Assembly: GCA_964036045.1 (NCBI GenBank)
Contig: OZ038379.1
Coordinates: 31,248,001 to 31,312,000 of the forward strand
Reading direction: 5' to 3'
Length of the DNA stretch: 64,000 nucleotides
Origin: Eutreptiella sp. 'Long Island Sound 2002'
Lineage: Eukaryota; Protista; Euglenida
Shown: in pieces, positions 11,452 through 25,463 of the stretch
Position numbering within the stretch: position 1 is the first letter of the stretch
How the letters are laid out: each line of letters starts with the position of its first letter
The notes under the pieces: model-generated
Seen by the model: only the letters and a program-made list of their open reading frames with translations
The model's database searches: none
Told to the model about the DNA's origin: nothing
Translations under genes and position numbers: made by a program

Positions 11452-14400
11452 AAACTAATACAGTCCCTACGCCTATTGTAGCTTGGACAAGGGTGTACGT
11501 TATACAAGGAGGGGGGGGGGTTCAATAAAAAAACAGTCGTTATACATAGATTCATTTGCACAAAGAGAACTATGCAAATGAGTGATGGGATAGTTGTGGG
11601 TCTTGAGTCTCGGTGGGTGGTGAGAGGGCTTTGGGCTGGGTGTTGGGTTGCGCTTGGGCTTGGAGGCTCCGTTTGGGGGTGGGCAGGCACATTTTGAGGA
11701 TACACAAAAAAAATCCCTCCCCTTGTAACCCTAGGATTGGCACACACAAAACACACCTGACATTATTTCCGGATTCGACCAAGCCCAGCGTGTGGTATAG
11801 GGAACAACTCTCATAATCACGGTTGACATCTGGAATCCGAGCTTGAGACGGAGCTTGGTGACCTGCTTATTGACCGTGGGGGAGGGGCCGTTTTTCAACC
11901 ACCCATACAGCTCTAGCATTGAGCTACTATTAAAAAAAAGCGCGAGAAAGAGCACCCAGGAAATGAATGAACAACGCCTTGATTACTACCCTCTGCATAC
12001 AGCACAAGGGTAGCCCAAGTCTCGGCACAAAATCCGGTAATGGGTGGCATAGATCCTGTTTTTTCCCAAAAAGTCTGACATTATTTGGGTTTCCAAACTT
12101 TTCGGGATAGCCCACCCGGCCGTCGCCATACCCAAGCATCCCCATTAAGCCCACTAAGCAATAGCTTGATTCCGCGGTGGGTACCAATATTTTTGGATAC
12201 TATCCCAACATTGATGTAAATGGCCGATCAACGGAGTGTGCGAAAGAGCAAAAGTAAACCAAACCTGATGTTATAGTTTTCTTTTTTTTGTTTTTTCCGC
12301 TAGTCCTTAGAGGGCCCCACTGGGGAGCAGAAACATGGCAATGCCACGGTCCATAATGGTAGTATGGCTGGTCTGTCCGGGGCGTTTAACAAAACCGTCC
12401 CTGGAATTCCTAGTAGTGGTACATACAACCATCAAGGTAAGACTTATCAGCAACGCGTCCCAAGAAGACGATGTGAGCTAAGTCTGCCATGGTCCCTGCG
12501 AGGAGGGAATGTATGGAACATTCTTCCATCATGAGTATGCTGGTGTTTACTCACGCTCTCAACATCCAACTCAACTGTCCTCTCTCGTAGTCTGTCATCT
12601 CCTTCGGATATCATTGTTTTACCCGATGGCTGAAGTAGCGTTGTCCCTCTCTCCACGACTTGAGCAACTCTCTCGGCCTTTCCGGTGCACTTCTCAGCTC
12701 CTGCCCACTTGAGTCGCGTCATTCCTTCTCATCGTACCACCTCCGAAAGTGATTGTGCGTTGAATGCGGCTGATCATGCGCATGGTATGGCTAGCTGTGT
12801 GTTGGGTTTGATTTGTCCTGCTCTGATTACCGTTTCTGCGCTAGCGGCGTGACCAGCCTCCTAGCTTTCTGAGCCCCTGGTGTGGCCGGTCACTCCCTAA
12901 AAGTTGAGATCCTTGCCGGTACTGGATCTCGTGCCTGCTGCCTCTACGGGCGTTGTGTGGGCGGTTTCGTGTAAGGGATAATCTCTCGTCCCGCTTGGTC
13001 CGTCTTTTGGGCTTTGGCGGCACTCTCACCTCCTCTTCTGTGGACGTACGCTTGAGCGGCTCCACTCGCCACGGCTGGCAGCACCAGTCGCACAGCACGC
13101 GATGCTCACTATTTTCACGTCCGCAGCGTCCGCAAGGCCACTTATCTGGTCTCTAGGCCGCGCATTTCACGCACACCATCCGGCGTGCAAAATTGTAATA
13201 GAGGCACTGCGGGCTCCCCCAATCGCCTTGCTGGGGTTCCATAAAATAAGCTGAGTAGCGTTGGGTAGGGCAGGCTCCGTGTCACGCCCTCCTTGGCTCA
13301 TCCTCACCGGCCTCTGAATGTTGCATGTCCATGCATGTCTCCAAGCCACCACTCACAAGTATGCATACTGCCACTCTTGTGCCATACAACGACAGCCCAA
13401 GTGCCTCTACTCTTGCCCACCTGACTCGCTTGGTTCCTTCTCCTCGTACCACCTCTGGAAACGATCGTGCGCTATGTGCCCCCGTCTCCCTCATCTATAT
13501 GTTCTCATCTATTTGACCCTTCTCCCGTAGCCATGTGTGGCCACCATCCTCTGTTCCACGGGCTCGGAGGTACGGGACACCTCGTTGGGGCGGTGTCTTG
13601 TGGCTGCGCGTTCCCCATTTTTGCATCGTTCCTCCTAGGTCCAGGGACTCTGAAAAGCCCGTCCATGCGGTGTCTGAGTTTGCTCGCACTTGCGCCTCTC
13701 GTCCATCCTTCAGCGGCCCCATCTACGTCCCTTGCCATGGTGAGGGGCTCCTTTTCGTCTTTGGTCCTGCAGTGTGTGCCTTCTCGGTGTGTACGGCGGT
13801 GGCGGCGAGGGCAGCCGTGCCAGCGCGGGTTGGTGCTAGTGCAGGCTGTGGGCTTGGGTTGCCTCCCCTTTGCCCATCCGGGATGTAGCGGGACCTCCTT
13901 GTTTCCCCTTACCCTCTTTTTGCAGATGTCTCTAAACGTGCCCACCCCGTTTTCCTGCCCAAAGGCTGCCTCATTTCCCCCAACTCACTCATTTATCAAT
14001 GTAGGGGGCTGGCTTGGGGTCCCCACTGGGTTGCATGGTCCCCATGACCTCCTCGTAGGGAGGTGGTGCATCTACATGCTCCGGCCGTTGTGTCCGTTGA
14101 CTCAGACTCGCTCCTAGGGTTGCGATCCGCTGTCCCCTTTCTTCTTCCGGCCGCAATGCTTCGGCTAACGCCTTGGGAGTGAGGTACTTCACCGCCTGGC
14201 GGATGATCCAATTCCTTCCCTTCATCCAACAAGACTGCGTTGGTCCCCACTTTTGGTTGTTGGAGGAACCCAGGCTCAGCACCGCGCGGGATGTCTCGAA
14301 CCACAAATTTCTATAAGACAGGTGTACTTCCTGCGGATCCTTGCGGACCATGGGCATAGGGGGCTGACTGAATCCCAGGGCCCTTCCAAGGCCCACTGCC

Positions 14401-16247
14401 ACCATCTGAAGCTATCCATCTTCATAAACCCGGGCAATGGGCGGTTGGAACTGCGTTGCTGCATATGTGGGCCGCAGAACCAAAAAGTGAACGTCTCGGG
14501 ACCCGGCTCTCCTATTGCACGCTGGGCTACCTCTAGGCGTTGGCTCATGGTGTACAATTGCGCAAGCACAAATCTCAAGCAGCCTGCCTTCACGCCCTCG
14601 GGCCTTTTCTCTTCCACCTTCTCTGGGGCCTTCGCTGATGTCGGCTGCCGGGCGACCTCGTGGTCCCTTCTTTCGTGTTGTGCCTTTTGTTCCATCTTCT
14701 TCATTTTGCGATACTTCTCGAGTGGTTTGCAATGATGCCTGTGAGATGCGCCCTGTCTTGGGGGCACGGCTTACCCGTGCTGCGGAGCACCTAATGCTGG
14801 CACCGGCGGCTGCTGTATATGTACATGCACGTCTATCGGAGCATGCTGGCTCCACCTTCTCATTTGGATCGCCCTCTGCGGGTCCCACGATCATGAGACT
14901 TGGATGATGCCCGTCCAGACCCTCCGGTGACGAGGGCTCGGTCCGTCCTTTGGTGTTTTGGCGGCGGGGTAGAATCTTGGGTGACCTCTGATGAGGCGAG
15001 ACCTTGTGTCGTGTCCGGGGTGCCCGTGTTGTCCCTAGATGCCGATGCATTGCTGTCATGAGACATTCTCACTGAGTGGAACAAGACCTGAGAGGAATTT
15101 CACTCAACCATCCTCCTTTGTTGTGCGGACTGCTCCTAGCCCATCTCCCCTCTCACCTGTAGCTTATATGGTTCCTCTCGCACGCGCCCTATAAACACAA
15201 AAATTCATCGGTCACAATCCCCAAGCCCAATTAGTCTGCCACCATCTATCTACATGTGGATACAAACGGCACGACCGAGGGTCGCCCCCACTTGTCTCGA
15301 ATCGCACGCAGAGGAAGGGGAAACATTCTTGCCGGAACTGGTCCCTGTGTTTCCCTCTGAAAGTCCGGGGGATGGGGACCGATCGCCACTGCGATGTTTT
15401 TTGCCTACTTGTCCCTCCATCTCCCGCCCTGCATTCACCAGTAACTCACCATCCCTCTGTGCTGACTCGACATCGTCGTTGTGTCTTATACCATTCATGG
15501 CTTTTTGCGCGTCGCACCATTCTCTCGTGCCCTATGGCTTCAATATTTCAGGCATCGCTTTGAATCACCAGTCCAACACATCTGCCTTCATCATTTTTAA
15601 CGTGGTCTCCAGGCAACACACTCCCAGGCCGGCCGTCGGACCCCTCTTCCTGGCATCACCTGCAGGAGAGTGGCCGCTATGCTTCCAAAGATGATCTCTG
15701 TGATTGCCATTGAACGTTTGGAGGGTGGGGACTGCTCACCACGGGGGTGTCATGTGCCTGCTTGTCCCTCTGTCACCCGCACCCCCTTCGTAGGCAGCGC
15801 CACCAATGGTCCCGTGCTTAGCCTAATAGAGGAGTCATTTTTGTTGTTTTCTCTTCGGGGCTTGCTTGATATCGTGATTTTGATGCGGTCTCCCTAATGT
15901 GGTTCAGACAGTAAGTTGTAGGTATGGTTGTGCGTCTCAAAGATGATCGCTAGGTCAAAGTTTTTGTTGCTGAAAAATGAAAATGTGGCATTGTCTCAAG
16001 ATACAACCCTGACGATCCGTGCCAAATAGACTGCCAGCATGTCATGTTCTAGTTAAGGAGATACGCATCCATAGAGACCCACATGGACATGCCATAGATG
16101 GGGGAGGGACGTTTTGTGGTCTAACTTTTTGTCCTTGTTTGTCAACCTGCAAACCATGCATCAACCACACACATGTACACATATGATAAACGCCACAAAT
16201 AGGTTGCCGTCAAGGCCTGAGTCCACAAAATCTCGTCAGGTGCGGCG

Positions 16248-17947
16248 TCTAGACCCCTCTAGGAATCGGCGCATGCCCATGCGCCGATTCATAGTGGGGT
16301 CTAGACCCTATTTTGAATCAGTGCATGGGCACGCGCTGATTCCTAGAGGGGTCTAGAGCCTATTTTGAATCAGCGTGTGGGCACGTGCGGATTCTTAGAG
16401 GGGTCTAAACCCTATTTTGAATCAGCGCGTGGGCACGCGCTGGTTCCTAGAGTAGCCTAGACCCTGTTTTGAATCACCGCATGGGCACGCGCTAATTCCT
16501 AGACTCGCCTAGACGGTATTGTGAATCAGCGCATGGGCACGCGCTGATTCCTAGAGGGGTCTAGACCCTATTTTGAATCAGCGCATGGACACATTTTGAT
16601 TCATAGAGGGGTGTAGACCCTGTTTTGAATCGGCACGTGCCCACGCGCCGATTCCTAGAGGGGTCTAGACCCTATTTTAAATCAGTGTGTGCCCACGCCC
16701 CAATTCCTAGAGGGGCCTAGACCTCTCTAGGAATCAGCGCGTGGGCACGCGCTGATTCCTAGAGGGGTCTGGACCCTATTAGGAATTAGCGCATGGGCAC
16801 GCGCTAATTCCTAGAGGGGTCTAGACCCCTCTAGGAATCGGCGCGTGCCCAGGTGCTAATTCACAGAGGGGTCTAGACCTTGTTTGGAATCAACACGTGC
16901 CCAAGCGCCCATTCCTGGAGGGGTTCGGACCCCTCTACAAATCAGCGCGTGGGCACGCGCCGATTCCTAGAGGGGCCTAGACCTCTCTAGGAATCAACGC
17001 GTGGGCACACGCTGATTCATAGAGGGGTCAGGACCCCTCTAAGAATCAGCACGTGCCCAGGTGCTGATTCACAGAGGGGTCTAGACCCTATTTCGAATCA
17101 GCACGTGCCCAAGGGCCCATTCCGGGAGGGGTCTAGACCCCTCTACGAATCGGCGCGTGGGCACCCGCCGATTCCTAGAGGGTTCTAGACCCCAATTTGA
17201 ATCAGCGTGTGGGCACGCGCTGGTTCCTAGAGGGGTCTAGACCCTATTTTGAACTCGCGCGGGGGCACACGCCGATTCACAAAGGGGTCTAGACCCCTCT
17301 AGGAATCGGTGCGCTGGCACGCAGTGATTCAAAATAGGGTCTAGACCACTCTATGAATAGGCGCATGGGCACGCGCTGGTTCCTAGAGGGGTCTAGACCC
17401 TATTTTGAATCAGCGCATGGGCTCGCGCCCATTCCTAGAGGGGTCTAGACCTCTCTAGGAATTGGGGCGTGGGCACACGCTGATTCCTAGAGTGGTCTTG
17501 ACCCTATTAGGGATCAGCGCGTGGGCCCGCGCTGATTCGTAGTGGGGTCTAGACTCCTCTAGGAATCGGCGCGTGCCCACGCGCAGATTCATAGAGGAGT
17601 CTAGACGCTATTTTGAATTAGCGTGTGGGCACAAGCTCATTCCTAGAGGGGTCTAGACCCCTGTACAAATCAGCGCGTGGGCACGCGCCGATTCCTAGAG
17701 GGGTCTAGGCTTTTTTTTGAATCAGTGCGTGGGCACGCGCTCATTCCTAGACGGGTCTAGACCGCTCCATGAATAGGCGCTTGGGCACGCGCTGGTTATT
17801 AGAGGGGTCTGGACCCTATTTTGAATCAGCGCATGGGCACGCTTGATTCCTAGAGGAGTCTAGACCCTGTTTTGAATCAGGGCATGGGCACACGCTAATT
17901 CGTATAGGGGTCTAGACCCCTCGATGCATCGGCGCATGGGCACGTGC
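16248..17947. repeat. Tandem array of 52-bp units made of nested palindromes (~33 units)
   Basis: GGGCAC recurs at 16327, 16379 and 16431. The unit is like GGGCACGCGCTGATTCCTAGAGGGGTCTAGACCCTATTTTGAATCAGCGCAT. Some units contain the perfect 32-bp palindrome ATTCCTAGAGGGGTCTAGACCCCTCTAGGAAT. Confidence 0.95.
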
Positions 17948-18265
17948 TGTTTTCAATCATCTCATGGCTTCGAGACGTGCCGTGGTTTCCCACTTGTCAC
18001 ACACTCGCACCCTACCACCCATCACATCCCATCCCACACAAAGGTACTCAAGGCACAGAAAAGCAAAGATGGTGACGGTCACAGGTCTACAATCACATGT
18101 GTGTACCTTTCCAACCGGTGCTCTGAGTGGTAGTGTTGTGAGGTGATGTGGATGGTCAGACGCCCTAGGTCAATGCATGTCCTTGTACAAACAAGGTTAG
18201 GCAACATCCAGGCCTGGCGCCATGGCTAGGACTGCATGGAAACCATGGTGCCTCAAAAGGTTAGC

Positions 18266-21200
18266 TTAGTGGCGCGCTAAAATGTAATCCTTCACCGCAT
18301 TGGGCAGCTTGCGCCACCAACATTGGACGTTGTCCCCCACATGCACCCACACCGGTGCACACACCCCAAGGGCCCCAAGGCAGTGGTCTACCCCATGCAG
18401 GAGAGATGCCACGTACACCCCAAGAGGGGTGCAGAAGTCCCTCTTCAAGAACCTCAGCGAATCCAACCAACTGTACACGTCCTGCCACAAAGGGAGGTCG
18501 ATCGTGCGGTACAACCCTACCGTGTCCTTAAATTCCTACTTCTGCTTTTTGAAGAGGGGCTTTTCCGCCAGGTGTAGGAGGAGTTTGAGCTCCCACGGTT
18601 GGAGATTGGTTGTGTGGGTCACCCTCTCCATACCCCCCTAGTCCCCAAGAACCTGTCTGTCGTCCTCAACAAGGACATAGGGCAGCGCATGTGGTGAAGT
18701 CAGGGAGGATGACCCCCCAAAAGGTGGGGTATAACAATGTTTCCTAGTGGATCTCTGGCATGCACTGCCACATCATCCTTCCCAGTGTTGGCCACGATGC
18801 GCTCAAAGTCAAGCAACTGGTCAGCACTGCCAGGTGAATACCCCCACACGTCACGTGCCCTCTTGTGCTCCTTCCACGGCTTCCACAGCCAGTGCCCCCC
18901 CCCGCCAACCGGTAGATTGTGCCCTCCATGACCCTCTCAATGACTCCAGCTTCCTTCAAAACCCCTGCCACCTCAAGGGTGTCGCCCACAGTGGCTGAGC
19001 CTGCTTCCCATTGGACAGCGTGCAATGCAGCCATCGATAAGCCAGGGGTGGGGTCGGCATCCCACTATGTGAATCGCACGAAGAGGTGCAACTCAACTTG
19101 TGCCCCGCTGGTGAGGATGTTTGACCTCCAGATGTCATGCATGATCCCTGGTGTGGCAGACACGAGGGAGGCCAAAATGGCTGGGGCTTGCAGTCTTGGA
19201 ACCGAACAAGGGTAGCAACCGTCAACAAAATAGGGACCTGGGTGGCCTGCCACCTGCTACCAACATACCTCACGTAATATTGGAGCCACACAATTTGGGC
19301 ATAGTGTGTCGTCATTACCGCCACCGACGTGGCTAGGTAGTTGCCTGTCCTGACAGCCAGCTCCAAGATGGCACACCAGCAGTCCCTGCTCCGTGCTCAT
19401 GTTCCCCTGTCTAAGCAACACAAGATCCATCCGCATGCTGTTCCATGCCTCCTGCACACGACTATGCATTATACACAGGTCGTCGGCCCCCAAAGTTTCC
19501 TCCGGTTCCCACCACCAGCTGGTCGCATCTAGGTTCACAATGCGGATGGGATCGTGCAAGATTGGGTCAGGGAGAGGGTGGACGGATGAGTGGTAGTGAC
19601 CAAAGGCCCCCCCTGTGAACAAGGCACGCATGATTGTAGCCAGAGGCTTATTCATCCGGTGCTGTTGTACTAGGATACTAGCAGGCCACCGCGTGCGGTA
19701 CAAGAAGAATTGTAAGGTGCTGGTGGTGCAGAACCGCTACGAATCATGCCAATGCACATGCGGGCCAGCAGATTGCATGTGGACATTGTTGTATGAAAAC
19801 TTCCGGTCCGGTGGCCACACCACATCTGTGGCCTTTACTTCACCCCCACAAGCACTAGCCAAAATCTGGACGTGGCTGTAGGGCTGCAACTCCCCAGGGT
19901 CACCACACAAGAGACATTGGCTGCCCATGGCTGCCAAGTCCAAGCCCAACGAGATGTTGTGCCCCGACGCCTCATCCACAACGCTGAAGGCAAACCTTGT
20001 TTGTGGCCTTTCTGTTCTAGCCCCAAGAAGCAGCTTGTGCCAGTTAGAAACCATCCCAGCCGTGGCAAACAGCACCCGGCAGGAGTTAAGGGCACATTTG
20101 AGGGTAGCCTTACAACCCGGGGTGTTTCCCAAGGTCTCCTACACCTTTGGCTGGTCAAAGCACGCTAGCCCTGGTGGGGCAGCAGCCCGTTGGGCACGCA
20201 GTCGCAACCAGGGTGTTGGATGGTCGCCAAGCACCCTGTCCCGAAACACAGTGTCATCATAACACTCCTCATGCACGCGTGACAACAAGTTGTCGACTTT
20301 GTGCACTGGTGGGTGCAGCCACCAGCACACATGCGCGGGGTGGGGTACCTCCCTGAGGACCCCCCACCTTCTTGCCCGTATTGATGGTGCCAAGGTTAGC
20401 AGGATCTCGGTTGTGGCCAAAAAGGAGGCCTTGCTGCCATAGCACGGCTTTGATGCATGCCACCAAGGTCTTTGACTTCCCCATTCCCAGCACCTCTAGT
20501 CAATGCAATGATGCATGACTCGTCCCGTACGTGACGAACATCCAAAACCGGTGAGGGGTTCAAAGAAGCTTTCAAAGCCCTCAATCAAAGCGGTCAGATT
20601 TGAGCCATGTTCATCATCTCAGCCAGGGTGTACAATGCTGCACAGAAAAGTGGATGTACACCAGAGAAAGAAGTAGGAGCTCACTACTAAGGGGGAACCC
20701 TTGCACTTCGCACTACTTTTCGACTAGATTAGACTAGATTAGACTAGATGTGAAGAACCCCCATACCGACCCCTTCCAAACACACTCAAAATTAGGCCAC
20801 CCTAGCTACCCAAATGCCCCTAAATCTAAGTCACACAAATTACCCTAGCTCAAGACAAATGCAAGCTACCTTCCCTTTATATAAGACATCATGCCGAATG
20901 CAGAAAGCTAGGCACTTAGCCTACGTGCCAGTCCCAAAGCCGCGTATATGTCCACCCCCTCCTAGTTGTGCTAATAAGCCACACGCCAATCTGACTGCCA
21001 CGTACTGGTGTAAGGTTGTCCTTGACACAGCTGCCTTTCGCACCTTGCGTAAGTACATCCAACAAGGGTTAGCATGGCCCAAAATGCTGGCAAACATCCG
21101 GGCCGAACCAAGGGACGCGCCTCCCTTGTCGAACGAAAAGCAGGAGATCCTTAAACACCTTGTCCAACGCCACGCCTCGTCATCTTCAGGGTACCATTCC

Positions 21201-21877
21201 TGAAAAACCAGCTTCCTGGTCGTGCCGTTCCTTTCTGCCCACACCTCAGCAGCCTCCATTTCATGGACAGTGTACATCTCTGATGCTTTGCCCACAAACC
21301 TGTCACGGTCAAGCCACCGTTGTGTAAACCCTTCCACATGGTTGTCACCGGGCCCATAGTCCAGGTTGTTTAATGTGGCAGTACCGGGCAAGCGTTTTGG
21401 CTGCTCCGGGAGTTGGAAGGATGGCTGTGGCGGAGCGGCACATGGTGGTTGTGTTGCGGGTTGACCACCTTGTGGCGCACCCGAACCAACCGGCGCCACG
21501 GCCCGGACAGCGGTGGATTGTTGTGGCTCAGGGGCACACAATGCCTCTGCAAAGGGTTGTGCACCCTGTGGCGCGTCCGAGTTGACCGGCGCCACGGCCG
21601 GGAAAAGGGTGGACTGCTGTGGCTCAGGGGCACATAGTGGCTGTGCAGAGGGTTGAGCACCCTGTGGCGCGCCTAAGTCAACTAGCGCCACGGCCGGGAC
21701 AGGGGCGGACTGCTGCGGCTGAAGGGCATGCAGTGGCTGTGCAGAGGGTTTAGCACCCTGCGGCGCGCCCCAGTCAATCGGCGCCACGGCCGGAACACGG
21801 GCGGGTGGCCGCGGCTCGAGGGCACGCACCGGTTGTGGTTGTGCAGCGGGTTGCGGTGGGACCATGACGAAATCCAC
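18266..21877 (-). pseudogene. Decayed intronless ORF: P/Q-rich 30-aa repeats, Upf1/DNA2/NAM7-like SF1 helicase, unknown C-terminal region
   Basis: Helicase motifs in order across frameshifted pieces: GMGKSKTL (Walker A, ~20490), VVDEASG (~19975), GDPGELQP, QQHRM (~19660), TTHYAQ, VATLVRFQD, RSNILTSGA (motif VI-like, ~19120). Confidence 0.7.
21430..21860 (-). repeat. 90-bp coding tandem repeat (~4.5 copies of PAVAPV..GAPQGAQP.AQPLCAPEPQQS)
   Basis: Visible in ORF 20921-21877 and in the DNA (GCGCCACGGCC recurs every ~90 bp). Confidence 0.85.
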
Positions 21878-23329
21878 ACCCCCTAGTGGTGGCTGGGGCG
21901 TTGCCTTGGCTTAGTGGAGTACAACGCTAAGGTTGAGGCCACACAGCAAAAACTACAACTGGGAGGTTGCAGTGGGCAAGAAACAAGTGTCAAGTATAGA
22001 AAAGCATGGAAGATTGGCATGGGGGGATGTTGGACCATGGGAACACTAAATAAATGCGCCATGCTATTGTCTGGGGGGGGGGGGGCTCTTGGATGTGGTC
22101 GCAGAATGGGGAGGGGGAGGAGGGCGTTTTCCAATTTGTTTCCCATTGCGTGAAGACAGACATGGACGGCAAAATGAAAGCAAAGCACAGAAGGCACCAT
22201 GCAACAAAGTATGTTCACCTTTGAAGCAAATGTAACACATAGCAGAGCCCCTTCTCAGATGTCTTGTTTTTGGATATGAAGGTCCAATGTACCCTGTGGG
22301 GGACCCCTTAGGAACACCCTGTGGGTGCTCGTTGAATTTTGGGGCTGCCACTCTAAGACGCTCAGAGGCCGCAGTGGAGAGTAGACCTGTCTCCTGGCTG
22401 ATGGCATGGCACACAGGCTGCTAGTGGCCCGGGCCTCCTCGGCGCGCAAAATGGATGAACTCCTCCATGCTGTGCACTGCATTCATGTGTTGAAGAATCC
22501 ACAAGGGGCGGATCTCATTGCACAAAATAGTGCCTTTCTCAACGGCTCTGCCGACACGAAACGGGGCCTTAAAAACCGGTCCATGCACGGGTTTGTGGCA
22601 CAGCCCAAACCCAACATCGGCAAACCAGCCCCACAAGGTACACAAATGAATGAGATCATCACTGAACGGGTTGCGAAGAGGACAAAATGCAAACAATGGC
22701 AAATAAGTGGGTACATGACAGCTACATATCACCTACAGTCACATCGTCACAGCTGAAACTTTAGGCAGGCCCCGCTGCCTTAAGGGGCGGCATCCTGACC
22801 ATTGCAATTGGTATCAATTAAATTCGGATCCACAAATAAAATGGTCATGGTAAGCAGAAGAACATCAAACAACGGAGACATACGTTCACACATACATTCT
22901 TTGAAAAGACCATGTGACGCATTACATACAAACAGGGAGGACAGGCTTTTGCATATTGTCACGCACGAGGGAGGGGGGGGGGGGTGTTTTCCCGACACTG
23001 TGGTATTTTCCGAATGATTTTCCATACTTCCTAGAGAAGTAGCACAAAGGAAAGCAAAGCATGGAAACATGGAAAGCACAGCAAGACCAAGCACGCAAAA
23101 CACAAGGGGTAATTTATGGTCCTCACCGATCTTTTTCCATAGTTCGTGGGAATAAACAACAAAGCATGAGGGGAGCAAAGTGCGGCAAATTGCAATCATC
23201 CTTGAAGGCTAAGTAAGAGGGTCGGGAAAAAAAAAATCAACACAATGGCAATTCAAATTCGAATTCAACTACAAAGCCCCTTCTCAAATGTATGTTGGTT
23301 GCACATGACATTGACCAACAAGGGTTTTC

Positions 23330-25463
23330 TCTTTTTTTTTAAACTGCCGGCGCCACATCAGTTCAAAGTTCAAAGTCTCACCATCAACAAAGGAGAGGCA
23401 CTCATAGGCAGGTTGCCTAGCATCAGTCCAGCCGTAGTAACTATAGCCACAGGCTTCGTGCGGGTTATGCACGTCCATCAAGGACACCTGCGGGGACAAT
23501 TTATCCCACAAGTTGGCTGACAATGGTGTGCAGATGTGCTCTGCCACGGGCATTGGCTGCCCAGTCCGATATGTCAAGTATGGTGTTTCAGGGGTGTTGG
23601 TAGCGAGCCACGAGTCACGTGCGGTGGGTCCTCGGAGATCCAGTCAGCTGAATCCCCCACGGGCCTGTCGGATCAGGGTCCCCAGTAAGCTGGATGTAGT
23701 CTGGGGTGTCAGAGTGGGGCGTCCTGTATCGCTTGAAACGCCGACCCGGTGACAAGTCAACTGCACTCGCAGGCCTCTTTCTCTGTTCCCGGACGAGGCT
23801 CCACCGCTCTGCAATTTCCTCCACCCAGCCCTGGTGCCCCATCAGCCACCGGCTCATGCAAGCCTACACCTCCTCCAGTGTCTCTTGCTGCCATGATTTC
23901 ATGGATCTATGTTGGCTGACGCGGGCAAGTTGCAACGTATCGCACATGGCCACGGTCAACCACGTGTCCCTGTCCCCCAGCTTATGGGTCACCATAGCAG
24001 CCCATGTGCGGAACTTCTGGTAGGCCAGCTGCTGGTGGCTAATGTTGGCCCGGGCAACCGTGGCCGAGTGGGCGAGCGCGGAGCGCAGCGCCACTTCCAA
24101 CATGTATGTATGCCGCACGGCCCGTGTGGTTAGGCGGCGCAAGCTGGACAGTGTGCCCAAAAAGACACATTGACGCGCACGGTGCGCCGCCTAGAGCGTC
24201 AAGCGGACACTATGGTGGAACGAGAACCGCGTGCGCTGGGCGGACACGGCGAGCAGCCTAGCGAAGGCGTCCACGTGGGCGGCCCATGTCACTGCCACCC
24301 TAACAGTACCATGTCATTGCGCCAGGATTCCCCTCACGGTTCCCCTGATCAATGCTTGGGCCGTCTGCATCAGATTATTGGCCAGCACGTAGGTTGCCCC
24401 CGTCACCGGTCGACACTGTTTTGTGGGGGTCACAGACGGCGTTAAGTGCATGCCTGTGTCGAGGAAGGTCTCCGCACAAGTGAGTCCGTCCCCTGTCAGC
24501 ACCGGTAAACCCTTGATTATCAGGACGCCCTTGGGACGGTGTATGGTTGACACAGGAGTTTCGTCACTGTGCGCCTGGTTTCCAGCCTGTGATCTCTTTT
24601 GGGTTTTGCAGACCTTTGTTGGCTGCCAATCACAAAGCGTTTTCGGGGGTTGTAGTGGCATTGTCGGACAAGGCGTTCCTCGGTAGGGGGCAAGCACTCA
24701 ACCCTGCGGCGAAAGGCCTTGTACCAGATGGCCGTTCCGCCCGATGAGGGGCGCCGCTCCTCGACCGAATCCTGCGGCATGGGCAGGTTGTGGCGTAGCT
24801 CACCCGCCAGCTTCATGCACTAGTATTGGTGTACTGCCATCCTGTACCGGAAATCGGGCATATGGTCGGGCGGGATGGACTCCACAAGAGACAGGGGAAT
24901 GTGGAACTTTGCTACACGGGCAAGGTCGTCAGGAGTTGTTGTAGAGAGCCACTGCCGGGCCATAGGCTCCCAGGGTCCCCAGGTTTTCGCCCACTCGTCC
25001 AGGAACAGCGTCCTCCATGCTCCACACTGCACAAGCCGTGCCTGCACCGCTGCTTGGTGTGTGGACCCACACAGAGCACATGGTTGGGCCAACTTCTTCC
25101 ATGGAGGCATACACCCTTTCAACCACACGTTCCCCCACACCCACTGAAGCCACCGCCTTCGACGCTCCGCCTTTAAGGGCAGCCACGTTGCCCAGTGTAC
25201 CGCCTCCGGTGTGGCATGTGGGCGCATCGCCGTGATCCATTTTGTTGCCGGCGTGGGTGCCTCCATGCCTCCCACACCTATGCCATGCGGCGCATCTGGT
25301 GTGTATGGTGTCAGTGGGAGCTCGCTTCCCATGGATGCCAACGAGTCGGAAAGGTTATTTCCCCGTATGTCTTGGGCTTCCTGAGTCGTCCGTGCCTGGC
25401 GTTCTTCCCGGTGGCCTGGCACCCACCTGGGCACCAGTGACTTGTTGTGGAGACTTGTTGTGG
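23330..25463 (-). mobile_element. 5'-truncated LINE with RNase H C-terminus, Zn-binding motif and long C-terminal extension
   Basis: TSD TGAC(C/T)AACAAGGGTTTTC at 23312-23329 and 25464-25481; poly(T) to 23340 is the poly(A) tail. Protein motifs: RWVPGH...GNNLSDSLA and CALCGSTH...C. The target reads TTTTC/AAAA. Confidence 0.9.

Noticed and set aside
12447-15700. Cluster of GC-rich minus-strand ORFs (possible decayed gag or ORF1)
   Set aside because: No recognisable motif, terminal repeat or TSD, so no call can be supported.
16248-17947. CRISPR-like palindromic repeats
   Set aside because: There are no variable spacers; the whole unit is repeated.
20722-20750. (GACTAGATTA)x3 short repeat within the helicase locus
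   Set aside because: Simple slippage repeat with no evidence of function.
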